This document shows, piece by piece, positions 52,099 to 64,000 of a stretch of 64,000 nucleotides of DNA. Within the stretch, counting starts at the first letter, position 1. Every line of letters starts with the position of its first letter. The notes under the pieces are model-generated. The model did no database searches, was not told the DNA's origin, and was given only the letters and a program-made list of their open reading frames with translations. The translations under genes were made by a program, and so were the position numbers. This stretch comes from Tubiluchus corallicola. Lineage: Eukaryota; Animalia; Priapulida. Location of the stretch: the NCBI GenBank assembly GCA_030141605.1, contig JAQGDQ010000431.1, forward strand, positions 124,001 to 188,000. The letters are read 5' to 3'.

Positions 52099-52340
52099 AC
52101 TTATAACACTAATTGTTCTTGGTGTTGAGTTTGTTTAGTCTGACACAGCACAGTCTTTTGCTGTAATTGCAGTAAGCTAGGGAATTTTAAGTGTGCAGCA
52201 ATAAGGGATTACAATTTGAGAAAAATTGCAAAGTTATGAGATCAGCTGGTGCTTCACCACCAGAATTTACTAATCAAAAGCACTGTATCAACAAAATTAG
52301 TTGACATAGGTATAATTAATCCTTTATTTCAGTTTTCTAG

Positions 52341-55300
52341 CTAAATATAAACTCTATTTGACAAGTTGTTCACCTCCTCTGTGGAAGTGGACGCTTGTTG
52401 AAATGGTCCGTAATCGGTCTTTGGTAACGTTGAGTCACTAAAGTACAAGTCGCTATAGTTATGATTGGCTGTATCATCAATACAAAGATTGGTTACCGCG
52501 TATGGCGTTTCGTAAATATGCACATCTGGGTTAAGATTGGAATCCAGTGTTGGCCTTGGAGGTGTCAATATTTGCTCAGAATTCACATTTGCCACTTGTT
52601 CTGTTCGAGCTCGTCCGCTTGGGGGCTTCCCGACGACAGAGCCAGGTTTGTTTGTTCGACGACGGCGAGGACGGCTACCAGGAGACGACGATCGATGCCG
52701 CTTAACCCGATGTCGCCGCGGATTATTCCCGTTGCTGTCCGTAGCGTAACGGCCGGTGTTGTGATTCAGTACATCGCCTTCCGGAACATTCTCCAACAAA
52801 GCGGGAAAGTCGCGGTCGCTTACGGTTCGCTTAATGGAGTTCTGATGGTCGCTGAATGAGCCCCGGTTCGAAAGCGGGAGAGACGCTAAACTTCTTGGAT
52901 TCGAATTTGACGATCTCACAGAAGAATTGTTATTTAAATTGTTAAACAAGCCATCATTTAGACTGCACTGACCACTAGAACAAGTCGTATATACACTACA
53001 CGTACATTCTGCGTAACAGTTACAAGGCGGGTGGCATTCACTTTGACTGTTAGTTCGACTACATCTTGATAAGTCGTTTGAGGTAGCACTATTACGTTTC
53101 TCGTTGGGCTCGTCATCACTTGCCATGTTTACACGCGAGTCACTGCCGCTAAGTAATGCCGACATGCCCAACTTCACTTTATTTCTCTGTTGACAGGACG
53201 ACACACTTGGTTCCGGATCTCTGTGCTGGATAAGAGACGTACTATCACATGGTTCTGTATCGTCGTCAGTTGCACTGTGCTTGTTTAAAAGGTTTGTGCT
53301 GGTGTTAATCTCGTCTAGTTTAATACTGCTAGTCCTCCAGATGTAGTTGCGCATTGGTTTTCCATCTATGTACACCGGTAACTGCAACATAAACAATTAA
53401 TAAAGAATGACAAACAAAGACTTTGTACCACGTAATTTGTGAATAACCTTTTTCAGCTTCATTATGCACACGCACAGTTGCTGTAGGTCAAAGGTTAAAT
53501 GTACCACAGGAATGCATCTTAATTACAAACGTCATGTGACATGTGGGTAAAGCAAATCCGTCTGCGGTACCAGTTCAGTAAACTTTAGTATTTTTATGTG
53601 GACTTTACTTAATTATGCAAAGAGTGATTTACTAGCAGGATCTTGCTTGGGAACAAGAAAAATGAACTAGGTAAAGTTCTAGCTAGCTATTAAAACTGTT
53701 ACTATTACAACAGCATAGGCTGCTCGACGTTGTCAAGTGCACACAGATGTGTTGTCTGGTACACTTAACCTTTCACTTTTTCACGGTCATCATCAATCGC
53801 TGGACCTGTGAAAAAGCTACTGCTGAAGACGACCAACTGCTTCCTGTTGAAAAACAACAAACGCTGTTTACATCTATATGCAAGTTGTTTACTATACAGA
53901 ACTCGGAAGCTGAACTCGTTCTTTTAAAGTTTGAAATATCAAACAACTGTCTTGATAACTAAGCGGAAGTGGTGCTGACACGCCATTGACATAGCATTGT
54001 TTAGCTTGTTTTTTTTGCTGTATTACTGATGTGCTTACCTATCTTAAGGGCAGAGTGCTTCTATTTTAGAATTCTGTCTGCCAAATGTGTATAATGGGCA
54101 TATGATGACAGTAATTCTTGGCCTTGATAAACATACCTAAAATTCAACTATAGCCTGTTATCTACTCTACTAGTAGATAATCTACTCTGTACTTATTTAC
54201 AGTGATGGTTGTTGTTAGGTTAATACGGTGTTTGGTTGTTGTTAAAATGCATCTAGTTTTTTAAACTATAATCATTCATTCATATATACTTGCATAACAG
54301 GTACAACACCATACACATAATTATATATATATATATATGGTGTTGCACCTGTTATGTATATATATATAACACATACATATATATACATATACACATACAT
54401 ATATATATATATATACACATACACTATATATATATATATATATATATATGGATAGATATAGTTATTGAAATAAAAATTTGAATCAAACTGAACTGAATTG
54501 AATTGAATATCAAAATATCATATAAATTTTGGTTCTCATGTGTTAGGCAAAAATTTTGTATATTTCTCTGCAATTATGATGATAGTGCAGCATTATTAAG
54601 GAATATTATATATATATCCTCCTATATGTTTAAAATTTTGTTCATTATAGCTGATTTAAGAAACTCATAATTCCAACACCTGTTTAAGTTTTAAGTTATT
54701 CAGAATTGTGCAGATTGAGTAGGCCTACCATTAATAACATTCATGAAAAGATAAGTCTGGCATAATAGAACATAAGCCTATAGGATTAGTTGATATAACC
54801 TGACAGTTTTGTTGACAGTCACCTATCCATTTACTAAATGGAATTGCAAACTGTGCATGTAATAGCACATGCTACGTATGTATTATTCAAGTATGTGACG
54901 TTCCAGGTGACATTTCAGCTTACATGCTTTCATAAACAATTAATGCTTGATGAGTTTTAGTTTAAATTGCTACTACATACGCAAATAGCTACGACATGAA
55001 TTTCTCGGGTGTAATGTGCTGCCCCCCGAGTCTGGATCCACCCATGGCGGACGTGGACACAAATTCCATTATAAGTCTGATAGACTCGATCATTTTTCAT
55101 TTCTTGGGTTGAAATAACAAGGGCGGCTTCATGACAAACATGTCGGGACTTGTGTGTGTATAACACAGCTGGATAATTTCAGGATAACTATGTAAACACG
55201 TCATATTGGAAGTATCCCAGATCTTCCCCGAACTCAGCAAACATCAGTGACGCAACTTTGTTTTTCTTCTTGCTAAGTAATAGCACCCACGACCTGGCAA

Positions 55301-58300
55301 CCAACATGGCCACCACACAGCAAATAAAACTGATTTTTTTCTCATTTCATTGAAAATCGGGCTGCTGACAGTGACAAACAAGAGGCCATAGTAGGCGGAT
55401 CTAGTTCAACACAAGGGTGGCTCGCTACACACGAAAAAATGGACCTTATTGGAAAATTTTGTTACAAAAAATTCGTCTGACTTAATAATTCCAAAAGAAT
55501 TACTATCTTACTGGTGTGACGTCATTCGTACAACACGCAGCAGCGAGGTGTTTTTGCTTTAACTGCGTTGTTTCCGCCCCGCGACGGTTTTGGAGCTGGA
55601 TGATGTCTGGCGATTTTCGATAAGTTTTAATAATTGCATTTTTTAGTGTTGACTTTGGCTTCTTGTCACATGTGCAGGAAGCCAGTGACACTGGGATGAC
55701 ACAACCAATCAACTACACGCTTGCTCTTGTAATAGTTTCATATATTTTTTATTGATGCTTCTTAGTCCGTTGCGAATTTGAAGAAATTGCATTTGATAAC
55801 TTCCGATATTAAAGATTCTGAGAAAGTTTCCCGTTGGGTGTTGTTCACACCACTGACGCGTTCACATCACTGACACATTCACAAAAGTCCAGAAATTTCT
55901 AAACCGTGTTGACGTATACATCGTTTGAATGTACTTATTCCTTTAGCGGAATAAGGCCTTTTGGAAGTTCGGATGATGATGATCGTAAAATGGTCAAAGG
56001 TTAAATGTACCAGACAACGCATTTGTGCCTCACAGCTCAAGCTGTTGTAATAGTAACAGTTTTAACAGGTAGCTAGAACTTTACTTAGTTCATCTTTTCT
56101 TGTTTCCCAGCAAGATCCTGCTAGCAAATCACTACGTACAGACTAATGCATAATTAAATAGAGTATACGTAAAACAAGTGAAGTTACTGAACTAATGCGG
56201 CGGCAGACGGCTTTGCTTTACCCACATGTCACGTGACGGTTGTAATGAAGACTCGTTGCTGTGGTACACTTAACCTTTGACCTGAAACAACTGCGCGTGC
56301 GCACAACGAAGCTGTGAAAAGGCTTGTTAATGCAGAATATATGACCCGACCATTAAACTATATTAGAAATCTTCAAGGTAGAAATGGCAGCTGTTTTTCA
56401 ACGTGAGCTATAACAGCTTTGCTCACAAGTTACGAGATGCCCATCGCTGCTTTAATGGAGACACAAATACAACTAGGCTAAATCGTACTCTAAGCTGTAA
56501 GCATTATAATTTAGTTTCGATCTGCATCTTTCCCTATGAAGGTAATACATAAGTTTGTGATTTCACAATGATAGACTTGTCATTGTCAACTCCGTTGTTG
56601 TTCGTGAAATAAACTTCCCTTTTTATGAGGCCGCCCCCGTATCTTAAACTTACTTCTGGCACCCCTGTCGATAGGGATAACTTATCGGTATCGGCAGTTC
56701 TCGCTATCATGGCTATGGGCAATCTCGGTAACGTCGTTAATTTATCGGTATCGGTAATTCTCGTCGTTAAGTTATCGTTATTGACAACTCGGTAACTCCT
56801 GTATTCATCGGTATCAGCAAACTCGGTAAAACATGGTTAATTTATCGGTATCGGTAATTCTCAGTTACGTCGTTAAGTTATCGGTATTGACAACTCGGTA
56901 ACTCCTCTATTCATCGGTATCAGCAAACTCGGTAAAACATGGTTAATTTATCGGTATCGGTAATTCTCGGTAACTCATCGCTATCGGTAATTCTCGGTAA
57001 TATGGTTAATTTATCGGTATCGGTAATTTATCAGTAAAAAGGTTGCGTGCCGCTTCGACGCATTCGGCTTCAGGTTGCGTGCAGGAAGCGACACAGATCG
57101 AAGTCACTCGCGGAAGCTGAGCCTCAATAATCCCTTTATCTCTGCTCATTGATATGTAAATGAGCGTTAAGAAAAACTTAAAAGGAGTCATTTATTATCT
57201 TGCTGAACAGTTGGAATGACCCTCGTGTAGCGAGCGGATCCAGGATGAGGTTGTCAGAATGCAGGGATTAGTATGTGGAGCATCAAATTTCATTTCAATG
57301 CTGTCTGCCATCAACTGATTATTTCCATTATTTAATAACTTATCGAGACCACAGGAGGGGTTGTATCACTGAAAAATAACCAGACAAAGGGGGTTGTTTG
57401 TACTAAAATGACATGAATCCGCCACGGCACAGATGCTGTTGAATGATTGAAGACGGAAACGTGAACTGAACGGGCAAAGAGACGGAGATAAGACGGATAC
57501 GGTTTAATACCATCTTTCATACAGGCACGCAGAAAACTAATCAAATAAGTACGCCATGGACGTCGAGTCAAAAAGTTAATTGCACGAAAAAGGAGAAAAG
57601 GAAAGCGGCTAAAGAAAAGAGGTGAAATTTCACGCCTGAGATCAAAGTACCGGTTACTGGAAGATGAAGAAACTGCTTAAATGGCAAAAGCTATAAGCAG
57701 GTAAAAGGTTTTCCAGCGCTGGGTTAAAGGAAAAGTCAAGTCTTCTAATGAGTAAGGTTTATTTCAATGTTCGAAAAAACGCTAGAAAGATTTAGTAATA
57801 AAACTGCAATAAGCGCCTCGTGTAATTAGTAAAATCACTTTAAAGTCGCGATCATTTCATGTTTGGACGCTTCCATTTTCAATGCCCATTCTTCTTCCAA
57901 TGACGTCATTCGTCTCGAAGAAAAGTAGTGCACTGTCAATCTTCACCAAAAGTAAAAAATTTTATAAAAAAATAGACGGACGGCTAATTTTGTAATATTT
58001 TTGCGTGAACATTAGGTAAGCTGCAAAAGTTTGAATTTGTTTAAGCAGCGCGCGCTTACGAAAACTCACGAAGTCTCCCAGTTACGTCATGATATTCAAG
58101 CGAATGGCAGCAACCACCACGCGTGAAAATTTCTATTCAGAGGTTGCATATTATAAATTATACTTTATAGGCAGTTCTTTGCAATTTTTTTGTTATATTT
58201 TTCTAAGTTTAAGGGCTAACAGTAAAATAAACCCAACAAACTGAGTGACTTGTTCTTTTCATTAAAGGAAAACCGGATGATTGTGTAAACATTAGTTCAG

Positions 58301-58723
58301 AATAAAGAATGCTCTAAAAGCACAACAGCTTTTTTTAAATCAAAGCTTAGATTAAATAATAATTATCTCGGATACTCAAATTTTGTTAAACTTTCAAATC
58401 TACGCGTGGCTCAGTGAATCTACTAAGATTGGCAACGGCGCCTTTTTGTCACATGCACATAGCCGACAAATTCTCCTTTAGGCAAGAAAAGGCTAGGGGC
58501 TTCATCTATGATTCCATTCACAAACCCTCACAGTCTCACAAAGAAAAAGCTACGTACTGGTCTACATGAAAATTATTACCGTGTGAACATAGAGCCTGGC
58601 TCTAAGTAAAAATCAATACTTATACATACATCTGACATGGATGTTTTATAATGAATGGAACTTGTGCTTTGAAGTCTTGGTCCCTGGATTTCTGTTGCTG
58701 TCATTCTTTTTCGTCGTTTTCTC
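52341..58723 (-). CDS. 3' part of an unrecognised gene: polybasic segment followed by a long Ser/Asn/Arg-rich, probably cytoplasmic tail
   Basis: Exon 58723-58630 (ttttttcag|G AGA AAA CGA CGA AAA AGA ... GAT|gtatgt; RKRRKRMTATEIQGPRLQSTSSIHYKTSMSD) joins in phase 0 to the terminal exon 53381-52341 (ttgcag|TTA; LPVYIDGKP...NRVYI*). The terminal exon lies in the only long ORF (351 aa) of the window and is visibly more GC-rich than its flanks. Confidence 0.75.
54320..54450. repeat. TA/CA-rich microsatellite
   Basis: Direct reading. Confidence 0.9.
56680..57030. repeat. Compound TATCGG-rich tandem repeat
   Basis: Repeated ttatcggtatcggtaattctc with a higher-order duplication of about 110 bp. 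Confidence 0.8.
57728..58261 (+). mobile_element. Kolobok-like MITE abutting a second one (from 58266) through a shared TTAA
   Basis: TTAA|AGGAAAAGTCAAGTC ... GACTTGTTCTTTTCA|TTAA|AGGAAAACCGG. Confidence 0.75.
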
Positions 58724-58758
58724 CTGAAAAAATGGTAGAAAATAAATCATTGGATCGT

Positions 58759-59320
58759 ATGAAAACAAGAGAACACCAACATTAAAACAAGACAACAGCA
58801 GCATGAAAACAAGAGACCAGCAACATTAAAACAAGACAACAGCAGCATGAAAACAAGAGAACAGCAACATTAAAACAAGACAACAGCAGCATGAAAAAAA
58901 GAGAACAGCAACATTAAAACAAGAGAACAGCAGCATGAAAACAAGAGAACAGCAGCATGAAAACAAGACAACAGCAGCATGAATACAAGAGAACAGCAGC
59001 ATGAAAACGAGAGAACTGCAGTATGAAAACAAGAGAACAGCAATATGAAAACAAGAGAACAGCAGCATGAAAACAAGAGAACAGCAATATGAAAACAAGA
59101 GAACAGCAGCATGAAAACAAGAGAACAGCAGCATGAAAACGAGAGAACTGCAGTATGAAAACAAAAGAACAGCAACTCTCTGCTGTGAACTAGAACAGCA
59201 GTATGAACAAGAGAACTGCAGTACGAAAACAAAAGAACAGCAACTCTCTGCTGTGAACTAGAACAGCAGTATGAAAACGAGAGAACTGCAGTACGAAAAC
59301 AAAAGAACAGCAACTCTCTG
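58759..59320. repeat. 22-bp minisatellite with higher-order units at its right end
   Basis: Unit atgaaaacaagagaacagcagc. Confidence 0.95.
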
Positions 59321-59934
59321 TGGTGAGCTACATGGAAATCTTCTCAATACTGAGCGAGTTTGTTGCTCTCATTAATAATGACTTCAAAGTGAAGTTAGGG
59401 TGGCTCAATTATCAAAAGAAAAGGCAGATAAGGGAAGAAAAGAAGCCAGCGGTTTCAAGAACCAGCTCTCCCGCGTTGAAAGATGAGAGGTTAAAACAAG
59501 TTTTCTGATCATATCCAGGGACAAAGTGTGGAAATAATCAACCAAACGTACTCACAACTTCATTAAGCAAAATATTGTTTATAATTTCTTTAAAACACTG
59601 AGGGTACAACTGTCTACCATCTCAAAAAATCTTGTCACAATGTTTTGACAAGACTTTTGCAAATATAGGGACAATATTTAAAATTAAAGAATATTACACA
59701 CGTAACACATTGCACAAAATTTACCAAAGGTCAATTTGCTACGAATTATCAATCGACGTGGAATAAAATGAAGACAAGACTTATACAATGCCTTCTCTTA
59801 TTACATATGATTCAACTAGAACATTCAGAAAAAAGTAAGAGAATGCCAAACATATAATTTTAAAACGCTATCAAATTTGTAAAGAAGTTAAATAATTAAT
59901 ACATAAATTGATTAAATGATATTATCCTCATGTA

Positions 59935-60275
59935 GCAGTCATCGCCATCATCGCTATCGCTATCACCATCATCATTATTATCGTCATCATCATCACCTCC
60001 TCATTATCGACATTGACTTCACTGTCATCATCACAGTTACAATCGTCTGATTGTCGTTGTTACTCTTAGCTTGTCACCATTGTCGTCACCATCATTGCCA
60101 TCATTATTGACATTGATACATCACTACCATCATCACTACAATCGCCTGATTGTCGTTGTTACTCTAAGCTTGTCACCATCGTCATCATCATCATCAGCAT
60201 CATTATTTACATTAACACCACTACCATCATCTGATTGTCGTCGTTACTTTAAGCTTGTCATCATCATCATCATCG
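59935..60275. repeat. (CAT)n-rich low-complexity region with internal duplications
   Basis: Repeated ctgattgtcgttgttactct-agcttgtcaccat blocks. Confidence 0.8.
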
Positions 60276-60292
60276 CCACTGTCAATATTAAC

Positions 60293-60374
60293 CTGACGAC
60301 ACAACACAAACAGTCTAAGTATTTTATTCTAATATCAATTTTAGAACACCAGCTTTCAGTTATAAGGGAATAAG
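60293..60374 (-). CDS. Candidate upstream exon of the 52341-58723 gene
   Basis: Strong acceptor tctcttttttacag|CT and weak donor AG|gttaat; encodes YSLITESWCSKIDIRIKYLDCLCCVV(R) and ends in phase 2, matching the phase-2 start of exon 58723. Confidence 0.3.
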
Positions 60375-60452
60375 CTGTAAAAAAGAGACTAAATAAAACT
60401 GGAGAAGCCAAATTTGTGTTAACAACAAACTTTACGTTACTGGGCTTCAATA

Positions 60453-60832
60453 AGCCTTTTCACAGTTTCGTTGTGCGCACGAGCAGTTGCTGTAAGTCAG
60501 AGGTAAGTCTGCCACAGTAACGCGTCTTAGCTACAACCGTCACGTGACATGTAGGTAAAGCAAAGCCATCTGCCGTATCAAATTACTAGCTTCAGTTGGT
60601 GGACTTTACTTAATTATGCATTAGCATGTGTATAGACTGATTTACTAGCAGGATCTTGCTTAGGAACAAGAAAAAATGAACTAGGTAAAGTTCTAGCTAG
60701 CCGTTAAAACTGTTACTATTACAATAGCATGGGCTGTGAGGCGTTGCCAAGTGTACACAAATGTATTGTCTGGTACACTTAACCTTTGACCTTTTCACGA
60801 TCATCTTCAATCGCCGGACAAGTGAAAAGGCT
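60453..60832. mobile_element. TIR MITE family C (AGCCTTTTCAC termini, TA target within AATATT)
   Basis: AATA|AGCCTTTTCAC ... GTGAAAAGGCT|TATT; other copies at ~30490-30715, 48027-48398, 53443-53818 and 55950-56326. Confidence 0.85.
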
Positions 60833-61339
60833 TATTGTAGGTGCAAATAAAGAAGTAACGAAGCTTGGTGTAGCTTGTGTATAATGTGGTAATGTCATTA
60901 ACAGTGATGGATGACAAGCTGGCGTTCATTTCACTCTCCACAGAAACCATTTGAATAGAAACGATCCCAGTCGGCTGAGATCAGCATTGATAAATCGACT
61001 GTTTTCTAAAACCAGCCAACTCTTTTGTGTCTTCCCCATAAAAAATGAATGGAGTTGTCGCACTGCAGTTTCTTGAATAATTGGATGTAACGTCGTTGCA
61101 GAGTTTGGAGCTAAACTGCATTACGCGTCCACATCCTTCTTAAAGACATTCTCGGCTGGTCACGTGATGCATTACGACGGCAAAGAAAATTCAAAGACCG
61201 GCTAAAGCACAAGATAAGATAGCCGTGCTGTCGTGGCCTGTTGGCTTCTTTGTGTACTTTATCTTCTTTACTCAACTTGGCTTCAGTTTGGATGAAAGTA
61301 AGCAAATGTTGACAGCCAAGAATAAAGCAACTAATGACA

Positions 61340-61580
61340 AACAGAAAGAGAAAATAAAAAGAAAGAGAGAGAAAGAGTGATGGAAAAAGAGACAGAGAGA
61401 GAGACAGAGACAGAGAGGGAGAAAAAGAAAGAGAAATTGATGGAGGAAGAAAGGGGGAAGAGAGAGAGAAAGAGATAGAAAGAGACAGAGAGAGAGAGAG
61501 AGATAGAGATAGACAGACTAAGTCTTTTTATTAAACAATAAATGCATTGTTTCCCCTCTATTTGCAGGGGTCAGAGACAG

Positions 61581-61648
<68 letters not shown>

Positions 61649-61673
61649 AGAAATTGATAGAGAGAGAAAGGGG

Positions 61674-61704
<31 letters not shown>

Positions 61705-61741
61705 CGAGCGAGAGAAACAGAAATTGATAGAGAGAGAAAGG

Positions 61742-61782
<41 letters not shown>
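61340..61782. repeat. GA-rich microsatellite region
   Basis: Direct reading. Confidence 0.95.
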
Positions 61783-61784
<2 letters not shown>

Positions 61785-64000
61785 TTTAAAATGAATCAAC
61801 AACAGATATATATATCCCCAACACAATAAACTGGGATTCTCCAAAGTTTAGACAGGCTGAAAACTGGAAGACCTATTCTCTTATTATCATTATAAGTAAC
61901 TCCTCATTTCTGACCAACTTTTACGACAAAAAATAAACATGATTTCTTGTCACGAATGAAGAAACTAATATAGATTTGGAAGCGTTGCATCTTCTTCCTT
62001 TTTCACGCACTGCAAGCGAATCGTGACACTTAGAGAAATTTCCACGCCAAGCGACATTAAACACCTACGAAATGACGACGTTAAACGCAATTAATGTCCA
62101 GCTTAATAGTCAGTCCGTCAAAAATCAATTCAAGTGAAATGTTAGCGCACTGAGCAGTGTTGCTATTCGTTCAACCACAAATATCCAATATTACAACGGG
62201 CAACAGTTGAGACTTAACACAATTACTGCAATTACAATAATTACAATACTTACTATTACAATAACGTATTAAAGGAAAACCGTGCAATTGTGTACACATT
62301 AGTTCAAAATAAGGTATGCTCCAAAATAATGAATATTTTCAACAGCAAAAATGTTCCACAAGCGTGTTACACGTGTTTGCGAAAGAGAAAATTGATGTAC
62401 AGTGCTACTGTACGAAATTCAGTGTGTTGCATTAAAACTAGGCAAATTTTAAGGTAAAAACTCTAAATTCAAATTTACCGCTGTGCTCACGCATGAGCTG
62501 TCGAGCGTGTGTAGTTCGTCACAAATTAACACACCTGAAGTGAGAAGTACAGCAACTGTTTTTGTGCAATGCTTTCCCAAATGCAGGCGCTAGTGCCCGT
62601 CTAACTAGCGAATGGCGAAATGAGTGTAACAGCGAAGAACTAGTGGCGCAAACGTGAAATTGTGTTTGTGTGGTAATAATTCTTTCACGTAAGTCATTTT
62701 TGAAAAAATAGTATGTTTCCTTTCAATATTGTAAAGAGTAGATTGTTTTGACCTACAGTTTAACATTGGGTCCGGTTTTGCTTTAACTGTGTTTTACTTC
62801 TTATGGTGTAAGATACTTACTGCATTGTACTAAAACTAGACAAGTTTTAAGACAAAAATTCAAACTTCAAATTTTCCGCTGTGCTCACGCATGAGTTGTC
62901 GAACACGTGTATTTCGTCACAAACTAACACATCTGAACTGAGAGGTACAGCACCTGTTTTTTTTGTGCAACACGTTTCACGAAATTGCCTGTCTAATTAG
63001 AGAATGGCAAAATGCATGTAACAGCGAAGAACTAGGGGCGCAAACGTGAAATTATTTCACGTAAGTCATTAATTAAAAAAATTGTGTGTTTCCTTTCAAT
63101 ATTTTAAAAAGTGGATTGTTTTGACCTACAGTTTAAGATTGGGTCTGGTTATGTATACATACAAGGCATTTTTGCTTTTTTCTTTAATTATTTTTATGCT
63201 TTTCTTGTTTTCACTTTTTTGTAAAATAATGTTACCAAAGTGTTTTCATTTTGCATTTTCAGTGTGAGCTGAAGTTGCCATGACGACCAGTACAGATGAC
63301 AACAAGTGATATCACCCATTTCCAGCATTACAATTTTGATTTATGTATTCGAATCTGTTTACGTTTTGCAGTTTTTCATGTCCAGGCATATAATTTAATT
63401 GTACTTTGTTTTGTATTTTTGTTTCCTCGGTTACCATAGCCTGTCAGGATGTGCATTAGTATGTTTTCACTTTAGTCATTTTTGAAAAAAATAGTATGTT
63501 TCGTTTCAATATTTCAAAGAGTAGACTGTTTTGACCTACAGCTTAAGATTGGGTCCGGTTTTCTTTTAACATGATAAAATGTTACAAATGGATTTCGAAA
63601 AGCAAGGACAAATTGATTATTGTTATTTTTTATCAAAGAACAACTTGAGTTTTCCGAGAACACTCCAGACATGCAAACTTGATAAAAGTCTCACACTTGC
63701 CACCAAACTCACTTTAACAGAAGAACTACACGAGGGAGATATCTTTCTCAGTTTTTATGATGCAGACCTCGCGGCAATGCAGAAAATAATGGAAAAGAAA
63801 AAACCTCAGACTAATTAGATTTGAGGCAGTGTCGTCAAAAACGGGTCGCAAAAACCTCATGCGTCTGATATGGAAGGAACGTCAATACACATCCACGTCT
63901 CACTGAAGATATCGAGGGATATTCATGCATACCAAGCATAGGGCACACAGTTATTAATTATTGCATAAACGTGTCTTCATCGTAATAACAGATAAATGCA

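Noticed and set aside
52461-52859. 132-aa plus-strand ORF
   Set aside because: Antisense shadow of the GC-richer 351-aa minus-strand exon.
54957-55170. Possible internal exon of the third gene (ends TGC|gtatgt)
   Set aside because: The acceptor is weak and its phase does not fit exon 58630; the sequence contains a hAT-end-like motif (catgggtggatccag...gggggg).
58826-59313. Hydrophobic Cys-rich ORFs as the missing TM exon
   Set aside because: All three frames are open because of a 22-bp tandem repeat; no convincing splice sites.
60837-60950. MVSVESEMNASLSS... as first exon of the third gene
   Set aside because: No convincing donor, and removing the adjacent MITE in silico leads to a stop within a few codons.

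Overview
AT-rich, intron-rich invertebrate animal genomic DNA; the ORF track is mostly noise and genes had to be rebuilt by hand from GT-AG exons. Four genes are supported. (1) An STI1/Hop (STIP1) co-chaperone on the minus strand, running off the window start. It appears to begin with a 6-codon exon (MSNKTQ) directly before TPR2A, so it seems to lack TPR1-DP1, and it has a perfect heat-shock element about 130 bp upstream. (2) A hidden 3-exon gene on the plus strand (13979-17249) encoding a 144-aa protein with three hydrophobic segments that I do not recognise. (3) A complete 13-coding-exon mitochondrial-type aldehyde dehydrogenase (ALDH2-like, 520 aa, 21556-46292). (4) The 3' part of an unrecognised minus-strand gene with a polybasic segment and a long disordered tail carrying tyrosine motifs and a PDZ-type C-terminus. 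Introns and intergenic DNA are full of non-autonomous DNA transposons (hAT-like, TTAA-flanked Kolobok- and piggyBac-like, several TIR families), LINE 3' remnants, a tRNA-SINE, minisatellites and microsatellites. A repeat family carrying minimal hammerhead-ribozyme motifs (Penelope-like) occurs in tandem and inverted arrangement. All homology calls come from recognition of motifs by eye; no searches were run.
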